Origin: Eledone cirrhosa
Taxonomy: Eukaryota
Reading direction: 5' to 3'
Assembly (NCBI GenBank): GCA_964016885.1
Contig: OZ024754.1
Location: 21,142,001-21,206,000 of the forward strand
Length of the DNA stretch: 64,000 bases
The number at the start of each line of letters is the position of its first letter. Within the stretch, counting starts at the first letter, position 1. Below, one piece after another: positions 30,001 to 43,233 of the stretch. Under the pieces are notes generated by a model. That model saw only the letters and a list, made by a program, of their open reading frames with translations. It was not told where the DNA came from and searched no databases. Both the position numbers and the translations under genes were made by a program.

Positions 30001-33000
30001 CCTTCTATATCAGACGTGGTATTAACATAGGGACTCCCTCCCATATTAGCCTTGGTATTAACATAGGGACTCCCTCTCATATTAGACTTGGTATTAACAT
30101 AGACTCCCTCCCATATTAGACTTGGTATTAACATAGGGACTCCCTCCCATATTACCCTTGGTATTAACATAGGGACTCCCTCACATATTACCCTTGGTAT
30201 TAACATAGAGACACCCTCCCATATTACCCTTGGTATTAACATTGGGACTCCCCCCTAAAGTAGACTTGGTATTAACATAGACTCCCTCCCATATTACCCT
30301 TGGTATTAACATTGACTCCCTCCCATATTAGCCTTGGTATTAACATAGGGACTCCCTCCTATATTACCCTTAGTATTAACATAGACCCCCTCCCATATTA
30401 CCCTTGGTATTAACATAGACTCCCTCGCATGTTAGCCTTGGTATTAACATAGACTCCCTCCCATATTAGCCTTGGTATTAACATAGACTCCCTCCCATAT
30501 TACCCTTGGTATGAACATTTGGACTCCCTCCTAAATTAGACTTGGTATTAACATAGTCTCCCTCCCATATTACCCTTGGTATTAACATGCACTCCCTTCT
30601 ATATCAGACGTGGTATTAACATAGGGACTCCCTCCCATATTACCCTTGGTATTAACATAGGGACTTCCTCCCATATTAGACTTGGTATTAACATAGACTC
30701 CCTCCCATATTACCCTTGGTATTATCATAGGGACTCCCTCCCATATTACCCTTGGTATTAACATAGACTCCCTCCCATATTACCCTTCGTATTAACATAG
30801 ACTCCCTCCCATATTACCCTTGGTACTAACATAGACTCACTCCCATATTACCCTTGGTATTAACATAGGGACTCCCTCCTATATTAGACTTGGTATTAAC
30901 ATAGACTCCCTCCCATATTACCCTTGGTATTAAAATAGGGACTCGCTCCCATATTACCCTTTGGTATTAACATAGGGACTCCCTCCCATATTTCCCTTGG
31001 TATTAACATAGGGACTCCCTCCCATATTACCCTTGGAATTCACATAGACTCCCTCCCATATTAACCTTGGTGTTAACATAGACTCCCTCCCATATTAACC
31101 TTGGTATTAACATAGACTCCCTCCCATATTACCCTTGGTATTAACATAGACTCCCTCCCATATTACCCTTGGTATTAACATAGACTCCCTCCCATATTAC
31201 CCTTGGTATTAACATAGACTCCCTCCCATATTAGCCTTGGTATTAACATAGGGACTCCCTCCCATATTACCCTTGGTAGTAACATAGACTCCCTCCCATA
31301 TTACCCTTGGAATTAACATAGAGACTCCCTCCCATATTAGACTTGGTATTAACATAGACTCCCTCCCATATTACCTTTGGTATTAACATAGACTCCCTCC
31401 CATATTACCCTTGGTATTAACATAGACTCCCTCCCATATTACCCTTGGTATTAACATAGACTCCCTCCCATATTACCCTTTGAATTAACATAGACTCCCT
31501 CCCATATTACCCTTTGTATTAACATAGACTCGCTCCCATATTACCCTTAGTATTAACATAGACTAGCTCCCATATTACCCTTGGTATTAACATAGACTCC
31601 CTCCAATTTTACCCTTGGTATTAACATAGACTCCCTCCCATATTACCCTTGGTATTAACATAGACTCCCTCCCATATTAGCCTTGGTATTAACATAGGGA
31701 CTCCCTCCCATATTAGCCTTGGTATTAACATAGACTCCCTACCATATTAGCCTTGGTATTAACATAGACTCCCTCCCATATTACCCTTGGTATTAACATA
31801 GACTCCCTCCCATATTACCCTTGGTATTAACATAGGGACTCCCTCCCATATTGCCTTTGGTATTAACATAGGGACTCCCTCCCATATTACCCTTGGTATT
31901 AACATAGACTCCCTCCCATATTACCCTTGGTATTAACATAGACTCCCTCACATATTAGCCTTCGTATTAACATAGGGACTCCCTCCCATATTACCCTTGG
32001 TATTAACATAGGGACTCCCTCCCATATTAGACTTGGTATTAACATAGACTCCCTCCCATATTACCCTTGGTATTATCATAGGGACTCCCTCCCATATTAC
32101 CCTTGGTATTAACATAGACTCCCTTCCATATTACCCTTGGTATTAACATAGACACCCTCCCATATTACCTTTGGTATTATGATAGGGACACCCTCCCATA
32201 TTACCCTTGGTATTAACATAGACTCCCTCCCATATTACCCTTGGTATTAACATAGACTCCCTCCCATATTAGCCTTGGTATTAACATAGGGACTCCCTCC
32301 TATTTACCCTTAGTATTAACATAGACTCCCTCCCATATTACCCTTGGTATTAACATGCACTCCCTTCTATATCAGACGTGGTATTAACATAGGGACTCCC
32401 TCCCATATTAGCCTTGGTATTAACATAGGGACTCCCTCTCATATTAGACTTGGTATTAACATAGACTCCCTCCCATATTAGACTTGGTATTAACATAGGG
32501 ACTCCCTCCCATATTACCCTTGGTATTAACATAGGGACTCCCTCACGTATTACCCTTGGTATTAACATAGAGACACCCTCCCATATTACCCTTGGTATTA
32601 ACATTGGGACTCCCCCCTAAAGTAGACTTGGTATTAACATAGACTCCCTCCCATATTACCCTTGGTATTAACATAGACTCCCTCCCATATTAGCCTTGGT
32701 ATTAACATAGGGACTCCCTCCTATATTACCCTTAGTATTAACATAGACTCCCTCCCATATTACCCTTGGTATTAACATAGACTCCCTCCCATGTTAGCCT
32801 TGGTATTAACATAGACTCCCTCCCATATTAGCCTTGGTATTAACATAGACTCCCTCCCATATTACCCTTGGTATGAACATGCACTCCCTTCTATATCAGA
32901 CGTGGTATTAACATAGGGACTCCCTCCCATATTACCCTTGGTATTAACATAGGGACTCCCTCCCATATTAGACTTGGTATTAACATAGACTCCCTCCCAT

Positions 33001-36000
33001 ATTACCCTTGGTATTATCATAGGGACTCCCTCCCATATTACCCTTGGTATTAACATAGACTCCCTCCCATATTACCCTTGGTATTAACATAGACTCCCTC
33101 CCATATTACCCTTGGTATTAACATAGACTCCCTCCCATATTAGCCTTGGTATTAACATAGGGACTCCCTCCTATATTAGACTTGGTATTAACATAGACTC
33201 CCTCCCATATTACCCTTGGTATTAACATGCACTCCCTTCTATATTAGTCGTGGTATTAAAATAGGGACTCGCTCCCATATTACCCTTTGGTATGAACATT
33301 GGGACTCCCTCCTAAATTAGACTTGGTATTAACATAGTCTCCCTCCCATATTACCCTTGGTATTAACATGCACTCCCTTCTATATCAGACGTGGTATTAA
33401 CATAGGGACTCCCTCCCATATTAGCCTTGGTATTAACATAGGGACTCCCTCTCATATTAGACTTGGTATTAACATAGACTCCCTCCCATATTAGACTTGG
33501 TATTAACATAGGGACTCCCTCCCATATTACCCTTGGTATTAACATAGGGACTCCCTCACATATTACCCTTGGTATTAACATAGAGACACCCTCCCATATT
33601 ACCCTTGGTATTAACATTGGGACTCCCCCCTAAAGTAGACTTGGTATTAACATAGACTCCCTCCCATATTACCCTTGGTATTAACATAGACTCCCTCCCA
33701 TATTAGCCTTGGTATTAACATAGGGACTCCCTCCTATATTACCCTTAGTATTAACATAGACTCCCTCCCATATTACCCTTGGTATTAACATAGACTCCCT
33801 CCCATGTTAGCCTTGGTATTAACATAGACTCCCTCCCATATTAGCCTTGGTATTAACATAGACTCCCTCCCATATTACCCTTGGTATGAACATGCACTCC
33901 CTTCTATATCAGACGTGGTATTAACATAGGGACTCCCTCCCATATTACCCTTGGTATTAACATAGGGACTCCCTCCCATATTAGACTTGGTATTAACATA
34001 GACTCCCTCCCATATTACCCTTGGTATTATCATAGGGACTCCCTCCCATATTACCCTTGGTATTAACATAGACTCCCTCCCATATTACCCTTGGTATTAA
34101 CATAGACTCCCTCCCATATTACCCTTGGTATTAACATAGACTCCCTCCCATATTAGCCTTGGTATTAACATAGGGACTCCCTCCTATATTAGACTTGGTA
34201 TTAACATAGACTCCCTCCCATATTACCCTTGGTATTAACATGCACTCCCTTCTATATTAGTCGTGGTATTAAAATAGGGACTCGCTCCCATATTACCCTT
34301 TGGTATGAACATTGGGACTCCCTCCTAAATTAGACTTGGTATTAACATAGTCTCCCTCCCATATTACCCTTGGTATTAACATGCACTCCCTTCTATATCA
34401 GACGTGGTATTAACATAGGGACTCCCTCCCATATTAGCCTTGGTATTAACATAGGGACTCCCTCTCATATTAGACTTGGTATTAACATAGACTCCCTCCC
34501 ATATTAGACTTGGTATTAACATAGGGACTCCCTCCCATATTACCCTTGGTATTAACATAGGGACTCCCTCACATATTACCCTTGGTATTAACATAGAGAC
34601 ACCCTCCCATATTACCCTTGGTATTAACATTGGGACTCCCCCCTAAAGTAGACTTGGTATTAACATAGACTCCCTCTCATATTACCCTTGGTATTAACAT
34701 AGACTCCCTCCCATATTAGCCTTGGTATTAACATAGGGACTCCCTCCTATATTACCCTTAGTATTAACATAGACTCCCTCCCATATTACCCTTGGTATTA
34801 ACATAGACTCCCTCCCATGTTAGCCTTGGTATTAACATAGACTCCCTCCCATATTAGCCTTGGTATTAACATAGACTCCCTCCCATATTACCCTTGGTAT
34901 GAACATTGGGACTCCCTCCTAAATTAGACTTGGTATTAACATAGTCTCCCTCCCATATTACCCTTGGTATTAACATGCACTCCCTTCTATATCAGACGTG
35001 GTATTAACATAGGGACTCCCTCCCATATTACCCTTGGTATTAACATAGGGACTCCCTCCCATATTAGACTTGGTATTAACATAGACTCCCTCCCATATTA
35101 CCCTTGGTATTATCATAGGGACTCCCTCCCATATTACCCTTGGTATTAACATAGACTCCCTCCCATATTACCCTTGGTATTAACATAGACTCCCTCCCAT
35201 ATTACCCTTGGTACTAACATAGACTCCCTCCCATATTACCCTTGGTATTAACATAGGGACTCCCTCCTATATTAGACTTGGTATTAACATAGACTCCCTC
35301 CCATATTACCCTTGGTATTAACATGCACTCCCTTCTATATTAGTCGTGGTATTAAAATAGGGACTCGCTCCCATATTACCCTTGGTATTAACATAGGGAC
35401 TCCCTCCCATATTTCCCTTGGTATTAACATAGGGACTCCCTCCCATATTACCCTTGGAATTCACATAGACTCCCTCCCATATTAACCTTGGTGTTAACAT
35501 AGACTCCCTCCCATATTAACCTTGGTATTAACATAGACTCCCTCCCATATTACCCTTGGTATTAACATGCACTCCCTTCTATATTAGTCGTGGTATTAAA
35601 ATAGGGACTCGCTCCCATATTACCCTTTGGTATGAACATTGGGACTCCCTCCTAAATTAGACTTGGTATTAACATAGTCTCCCTCCCATATTACCCTTGG
35701 TATTAACATGCACTCCCTTCTATATCAGACGTGGTATTAACATAGGGACTCCCTCCCATATTAGCCTTGGTATTAACATAGGGACTCCCTCTCATATTAG
35801 ACTTGGTATTAACATAGACTCCCTCCCATATTAGACTTGGTATTAACATAGGGACTCCCTCCCATATTACCATTGGTATTAACATAGGGACTCCCTCACA
35901 TATTACCCTTGGTATTAACATAGAGACACCCTCCCATATTACCCTTGGTATTAACATTGGGACTCCCCCCTAAAGTAGACTTGGTATTAACATAGACTCC

Positions 36001-39000
36001 CTCCCATATTACCCTTGGTATTAACATAGACTCCCTCCCATATTAGCCTTGGTATTAACATAGGGACTCCCTCCTATATTACCCTTAGTATTAACATAGA
36101 CTCCCTCCCATATTACCCTTGGTATTAACATAGACTCCCTCCCATGTTAGCCTTGGTATTAACATAGACTCCCTCCCATATTAGCCTTGGTATTAACATA
36201 GACTCCCTCCCATATTACCCTGGGTATGAACATGCACTCCCTTCTATATCAGACGTGGTATTAACATAGGGACTCCCTCCCATATTACCCTTGGTATTAA
36301 CATAGGGACTCCCTCCCATATTAGACTTGGTATTAACATAGACTCCCTCCCATATTACCCTTGGTATTATCATAGGGACTCCCTCCCATATTACCCTTGG
36401 TATTAACATAGACTCCCTCCCATATTACCCTTGGTATTAACATAGACTCCCTCCCATATTACCCTTGGTATTAACATAGACTCCCTCCCATATTAGCCTT
36501 GGTATTAACATAGGGACTCCCTCCTATATTAGACTTGGTATTAACATAGACTCCCTCCCATATTACCCTTGGTATTAACATGCACTCCCTTCTATATTAG
36601 TCGTGGTATTAAAATAGGGACTCGCTCCCATATTACCCTTTGGTATGAACATTGGGACTCCCTCCCATATTAGCCTTGGTATTAACATAGACTCCCTCCC
36701 ATATTACCCTTGGTATGAACATTGGGACTCCCTCCTAAATTAAACTTGGTATTAACATAGTCTCCCTCCCATATTACCCTTGGTATTAACATGCACTCCC
36801 TTCTATATCAGACGTGGTATTAACATAGGGACTCCCTCCCATATTACCCTTGGTATTAACATAGGGACTCCCTCCCATATTAGACTTGGTATTAACATAG
36901 ACTCCCTCCCATATTACCCTTGGTATTATCATAGGGACTCCCTCCCATATTACCCTTGGTATTAACATAGACTCCCTCCCATATTACCCTTGGTATTAAC
37001 ATAGACTCCCTCCCATATTACCCTTGGTACTAACATAGACTCCCTCCCATATTACCCTTGGTATTAACATAGGGACTCCCTCCTATATTAGACTTGGTAT
37101 TAACATAGACTCCCTCCCATATTACCCTTGGTATTAACATGCACTCCCTTCTATATTAGTCGTGGTATTAAAATAGGGACTCGCTCCCATATTACCCTTG
37201 GTATTAACATAGGGACTCCCTCCCATATTTCCCTTGGTATTAACATAGGGACTCCCTCCCATATTACCCTTGGAATTCACATAGACTCCCTCCCATATTA
37301 ACCTTGGTGTTAACATAGACTCCCTCCCATATTAACCTTGGTATTAACATAGACTCCCTCCCATATTACCCTTGGTATTAACATAGACTCCCTCCCATAT
37401 AACCCTTGGTATTAACATAGACTCCCTCCCATATTACCCTTGGTATTAACATAGACTCCCTCACATATTAGCCTTGGTATTAACATAGGGACTCCCTCCC
37501 ATATTACCCTTGGTAGTAACATAGACTCCCTCCCATATTACCCTTGGAATTAACATAGAGACTCCCTCCCATATTAGACTTGGTATTAACATAGACTCCC
37601 TCCCATATTACCTTTGGTATTAACATAGACTCCCTCCCATATTACCCTTGGTATTAACATAGACTCCCTCCCATATTACCCTTGGTATTAACATAGACTC
37701 CCTCCCATATTACCCTTTGAATTAACATAGACTCCCTCCCATATTACCCTTTGTATTAACATAGACTCGCTCCCATATTACCCTTAGTATTAACATAGAC
37801 TAGCTCCCATATTACCCTTGGTATTAACATAGACTCCCTCCCATTTTACCCTTGGTATTAACATAGACTCCCTCCCATATTAGCCTTGGTATTAACATAG
37901 ACTCCCTCCCATATTAGCCTTGGTATTAACATACACTCCCTCCCATATTAGACTTGGTATTAACATAGACTCCCTCCCATATTACCCTTGGTATTAACAT
38001 AGAGACTCCCTCCAATATTATCCTTGGTATTAACATAGACTCCCTCCCATATTACCCTTGGTATTAACATAGACTCCCTCCCATATTACCAGTGATATTA
38101 ACATAGAGACTCCCTTCCATATTAGCCTTGGTATTAACATACACTCCCTCCCATATTACCCTTGGTATTAACATAGAGACTCCCACCCATATTAGCCTTG
38201 GTATTAACATAGACTCCCTCCCATATTACCCTTGGTATTAACATAGACTCCCTCCCATATTACCCTTGGTATTAACATACACTCCCTCCCATATTACCCT
38301 TGGTATTAACATAGAGACTCCCACCCATATTAGCCTTGGTATTAACATAGACTCCCTCCCATATTACCCTTGGTATTAACATAGACTCCCTCCCATGTTA
38401 GCCTTGGTATTAACATAGAGACTCCCTCCCATATTAGACTTGGTATTAACATAGGGACTCCCTCCCATATTACCCTTGGTATTAGCATAGGGACTCCCTC
38501 CCATATTAGACTTGGTATTAACATAGACTCCCTCCCATATTACCCTTGGTATTACCATAGGGACTCCCTCCCATATTACCCTTGGTATTAACATAGACAC
38601 CCTCCCATATTACCCTTGGTGTTAACATAGACTCCCTCCCATATTACCCTTGGTATTAACATAGACTCCCTCCCATATTAGCCTTGGTATTAACATAGGG
38701 ACTCCCTCCTATATTACCCTTAGTATTAACATAGACTCCCTCCCATATTACCCTTGGTATTAACATAGACTACCTCGCATATTACCCTTGGTATTAATAT
38801 AGAGACTCGCTCCCATATTACCCTTGGTATTAACATAGACTCCCTCCCATATTAGACTTGGTATTAATATAGAGACTCCCTCCCATATTACCCTTGGTAT
38901 TAACATAGACTACCTCCCATATTACCCTTGGTATTAACATAGGGACTCCCTCCCATATTACCCTTGGTATTAACATAGAGACCCCCCCCATATTACCCTT

Positions 39001-40805
39001 GGTATTAACATAGACTCCCTCCCACATTACCCTTGGTATTAACATAGACTCCCTCACATATTACCCTTGGTATTAACATAGACTCCCTCCCCATATTACC
39101 GTTGGTATTAACATAGGGACTCCCTCCCATATTAGCCTTGGTATTAACATAGGGACTCCCTCCCATATTACCCTTGGTATTAACATAGACTCCCTCCCAT
39201 ATTACCCTTGGTATTAACATAGACTCCCTCCCATATTAGACTTGGTATTAACATAGACTCCCTCCCATATTACCCTTGGTATTATCATAGGGACTCCCTC
39301 CCATATTACCCTTGGTATTAACATAGACTCCCTCCCATATTAGACTTGGTATTAACATAGATTCCCTCCCATATTACCCTTGGTATTAATATGCACTCCC
39401 TTCTATATTAGTCGTGGTATTAAAATAGGGACTCGCTCCCATATTACCCTTGGTATTAACATAGGGCCTCCCTCCCATATTAGACTTGGTATTAACATAG
39501 ACTCCCTCCCATATTAGACTTGGTATTAACATAGACTCCCTCCCATATTACCCTTGGTATTAACATAGGGACTCCCTCACATATTACCCTTGGTATTAAC
39601 ATAGGGACTCCCTCCCATATTTCCCTTGGTATTAACATAGAGACTCCCTCCCATATTACCCTTGGTATTAACATAGACTACCTCCCATATTACCCTTGGT
39701 ATTAACATAGACTCCCTCCCATATTACCCTTGGTATTAACATAGACTCCCTCCCATATTACCCTTGGAATTAACATAGACTCCCTCCCATATTAACCTTG
39801 GTGTTAACATAGACTCCCTCCCATATTAACCTTGGTATTAATATAGACTCCCTCCCATATTACCCTTGGTATTAACATAGGGACTCCCTCCCATATTACC
39901 CTTGGTATTAACATAGACTCCCTCCCATATTAGCCTTGGTATTAACATAGAGACTCCCTCCCATATTAGACTTGGTATTAACATAGACTCCCTCCCATAT
40001 TAGACTTGGTATTAACATAGACTCCCTCCCATATTACCTTTGGTATTAACATAGACTCCCTCCCATATTACCCTTGGTATTAACATAGACTCCCTCCCAT
40101 ATTACCTTTGGTATTAACATAGACTCCCTCCCATATTACCTTTGGTATTAACATAGACTCCCTCCCATATTACCCTTGGTATTAACATAGACTCCCTCCC
40201 ATATTACCCTTGGTATTAACATAGACTCCCTCCCATATTACCCTTGGAATTAACAAAGACTCCCTCCCATATTACCCTTGGAATTAACAAAGACTCCCTC
40301 CCATATTACCCTTTGTATTAACATATACTCGCTCCCATATTACCCTTGGTATTAACAGACTCGCTCCCATATTACCCTTGGTATTAACATAGACTCCCTC
40401 CCATATTACCCTTGGTATTAACATAGACTCCCTCCCATATTACCCTTGGTATTAACATAGAGACTCCCACCCATATTAGCCTTGGTATTAACATAGACTC
40501 CCTCCCATATTACCCTTGGTATTAACATAGACTCCCTCCCATATTACCTTTGGTATTAACATAGACTCCCTCCCATATTAGACTTGGTATTAACATAGAC
40601 TCCCTCCCATATTACCCTTGGTATTAACATAGACTCCCTCCCATATTAGACTTGGTATTAACATAGACTCCCTCCCATATTAGACTTGGTATTAACATAG
40701 ACTCTCTCCCATATTACCCTTGGTATTAACATAGACTCCCTCCCATATTACCCTTGGTATTAACATAGACTCCCTCCCAAATTACCCTTGGTATTAACAT
40801 AGAGA
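1..40805. repeat. Satellite DNA array of 34-bp (gtattaacatagactccctcccatattacccttg) and 36-bp (+gg or +ga) monomers with higher-order repeats; extends beyond the left window edge
   Basis: Continuous head-to-tail monomers, all in one orientation, from base 1 to ...gtattaacatagaga at ~40805; no interrupting unique sequence seen. Confidence 0.99.
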
Positions 40806-40809
40806 AAGC

Positions 40810-41230
40810 TAAAGCAAGGCACATGAATTACACCAATACCGACCCTGATTACCAGGTCTCGAAAATATAGAAACCATCAAAGACTTCAAATACTTGAAGA
40901 GCTCACATTGCCTCATGCCTAGATGACTTCCATTTACCTGGAACAGTTTCTCGAAGTTACCAACGGTTTGGAGATTTAACAAAATCTCTTTTCAACTCAA
41001 GTTATGACTGTCTGATTCTTCAATCATCTCCATACTTCTCTATGGGGCTGAATCATGGACACTCAACTCCACCATAAAAAAAACATCAATTTCACTCATT
41101 TGCCATTGGGTGTCAAATGAACAAATAGAGGAGCCAGATGTGAACAGATCCTAACAACCACAAAGAGAAGAAATCTTGTGGACATACTTGCAACCAGCTT
41201 TCTACTTTTGGTTACTGGCTAAGAAGCCCA
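40810..41230 (+). mobile_element. Decayed non-LTR retrotransposon RT C-terminal fragment abutting the satellite
   Basis: Manual translation gives ENIETIKDFKYLKS (40861) and ISILLYGAESWTL (~41023), the typical 'FKYLG' and 'LLYG.E.W' motifs of RTE-like LINE ORFs; frameshifted; boundaries approximate. Confidence 0.7.
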
Positions 41231-41379
41231 CAAAAAACAATCACCCACCAAAATATCAAATCATTTTCTAAAATATATATTAAAACACATACCAGATTAA
41301 ATAGAAGGATAACACAATTTTCAATGCAACTGAATTAATATTTAAATCATAGAATAAATAATATATATCACCCCACCCC

Positions 41380-41439
41380 CATATCATCATCATCATTATT
41401 GTCATCATCGTTGTTTAGTGTCTATTTTCCCTGCTATCA

Positions 41440-41474
<35 letters not shown>

Positions 41475-41515
41475 TATATATATATATTTATATACATCTA
41501 TAGATAAATATATAT

Positions 41516-41561
<46 letters not shown>

Positions 41562-41870
41562 TTTTATTGAATGGTTACTTTTCCATACATATATCATACA
41601 AATATACGTGTGTGTAAGTGAAAATCAAAGAATTGCAATTTTGTCTACTCTACCATATCACCATCACCATTATCATCATCATCATCGCCATCATCACCGT
41701 CATCATCATCATTATTGACATTCTTAATATATACAGAGAGGGAGCTCAAAAGTTTTGGCAAACAGGTTAAGCTAACCTTTCAGCTTCACCACCTCGTATA
41801 CATATGTGTGTATGCATGTGTGTGTGTGCACATGTGTGTATGTATATGTGTGTGTGCATATGTATGTGAA
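41380..41870. repeat. Cluster of microsatellites (ATC)n, (TA)n/(CA)n, (TG)n
   Basis: Directly visible simple repeats. Confidence 0.9.
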
Positions 41871-42080
41871 TATGTTATATCTCTGTGAAAAATTAAAAAC
41901 TTATAATTATGATGTGTCTAATCTATCATATCTCACTCCATTATTTAGAATTACATGGGATGCTAATTAGTTGTTAATTAGTTAATTAGGTCATGGAAAT
42001 ATCTGTAAATTACAACCGGAAAGTTATTCCTTTTAAAACAGATTCCATCACCAACCAAGCTGAAATAATTTCCTCCTCCG

Positions 42081-42368
42081 TCACTTCTTCAACATCACTT
42101 CTAACTTGATTCGATTTGCAATTGCCTGCCTCATTGCTATTGCTTCATTCTTCCCAATGTTCGACACCTGTGAGACATTATCTGGCTTCTGGGTCAACAC
42201 AGAGCGGGCAATCCTGGCAGATTTTGGTCGTTGCGGCTGATCCTTCTCAGCTTTTATCAGCTGCTTTTGCCGTTCATTCTTCTTCATTTCAATTAGCTTG
42301 TCTCTTTGTTGGCGCAGGAATTCCTGTCTCTTTTTCAAATTTTCTGGGTTCAGTTTATCAGTAAATGC
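42081..42368 (-). CDS. CFAP36: CFAP36/CCDC104 exon 8 (terminal coding exon)
   Basis: ttctgttttag acceptor, phase 0; AFTDKLNPENLKKRQEFLRQQRDKLIEMKK...AIANRIKLEVMLKK-stop resembles the CFAP36 C-terminus (human ..RQREHYLKQKRDKLMSMRK..LAEKLKEEV, from memory). Confidence 0.88.
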   Translation of the reverse strand, partial: AFTDKLNPENLKKRQEFLRQQRDKLIEMKKNERQKQLIKAEKDQPQRPKSARIARSVLTQKPDNVSQVSNIGKNEAIAMRQAIANRIKLEVMLKK

Positions 42369-42423
42369 CTAAAACAGAAGAAATAATTAACTGTATTGTC
42401 AGTCTGTTACCAATAACTATTGT

Positions 42424-42655
42424 TTAACCCTTTAATATTTACATTACTCTATATATACTATCATATTTTCACGGTAAAGGCTTTACCTCACATAATTATC
42501 TCACATAATATCGAATCTATGAGATTTTGATAATATTCATTTTGTGAACAATAGCTACTCAGTATGGGCAGCTGGTTACACCTGGCGAAATAGGCGAGCA
42601 GAAAAAGGTGAGAGATTCTGGCCAGATACGGCTGGTTTAAATGCTAAAGGGTTAA
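42424..42655. mobile_element. piggyBac-like MITE (TTAA-flanked)
   Basis: TTAA|CCCTTTA...TAAAGGG|TTAA ends; internal sequence related, in opposite orientation, to the copy at 48169-48385. Confidence 0.75.
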
Positions 42656-42679
42656 ATTAAGATTATGTTTAGCAAGATA

Positions 42680-42935
42680 CTGTGAAAAGCGGTCATGTAG
42701 GTGTCATGACACAAAGCACCCAGTACTCACTGTAAAGTGGTTGTGTAGGTATCACAATAAAAAGTACTGTAAATGTGGTTGGTGTTAGGAAGGGCATCCA
42801 GCCATAGAAACTAAGCCAAAATCAGTTCTGTGTGAGCAAAACACAGTCACTCGACCTGGTTGTCTCACGACGGGACAGCTTGTCTAACCCATGCTAGTGT
42901 GGAAAATGGACATTAAACGGCAATGATGATAATAA
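42680..42935 (+). mobile_element. RTE LINE 3' UTR fragment
   Basis: Matches 55880-56103 (aaagcacccag..ggtgttaggaagggcatccag..tgtctaacccatgctag..(gat)n tail). Confidence 0.8.
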
Positions 42936-43112
42936 TGTATGAAACATCAAGAAGATATTACATGTGCTAACACAGTAAATGATGGTCAAAGACTTTAAAC
43001 TTTCCTAAAATGTTAAAAACAGTCATTATAAATGTTTCTCAGACTTCCTACCACAAATATTTGAGCAGCACAAAAATGTCTTTAGTATAAACCTTGTTCA
43101 ATGGTTTTAATT

Positions 43113-43233
43113 AACACATGTGGTGATATATGACTGACTGATAAACACATGTGCTGGTATATACTTAGTAATAAATACATGTGGTGATATATGACCTAGT
43201 AATAAACATGTGGTGATATATGACTTACTGATA
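43113..43233. repeat. Degenerate ~30-bp minisatellite (4 copies) overlapping the exon 7 donor site
   Basis: Unit like aacacatgtggtgatatatgacttactgata repeated about 4 times. Confidence 0.75.

Noticed and set aside
890-39000. Variable poly-C length in the agagacccc monomer as a functional switch
   Set aside because: Homopolymer slippage or sequencing error explains it; cannot be assessed from an assembly
130-39674. About 100 short ORFs (MLIPRVIWEGV.., YVNTKGNMGGS..) suggesting a repetitive protein or peptide-precursor family
   Set aside because: They are translations of the satellite; 34-bp monomers shift frame and introduce stops constantly, and there are no splice or codon-level constraints
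1-40805. CRISPR-like array (34-36-bp repeat length)
   Set aside because: No unique spacers, no cas genes, eukaryotic context
1-40805. True telomeric repeat
   Set aside because: No (TTAGGG)n runs; only a weak 7-mer resemblance
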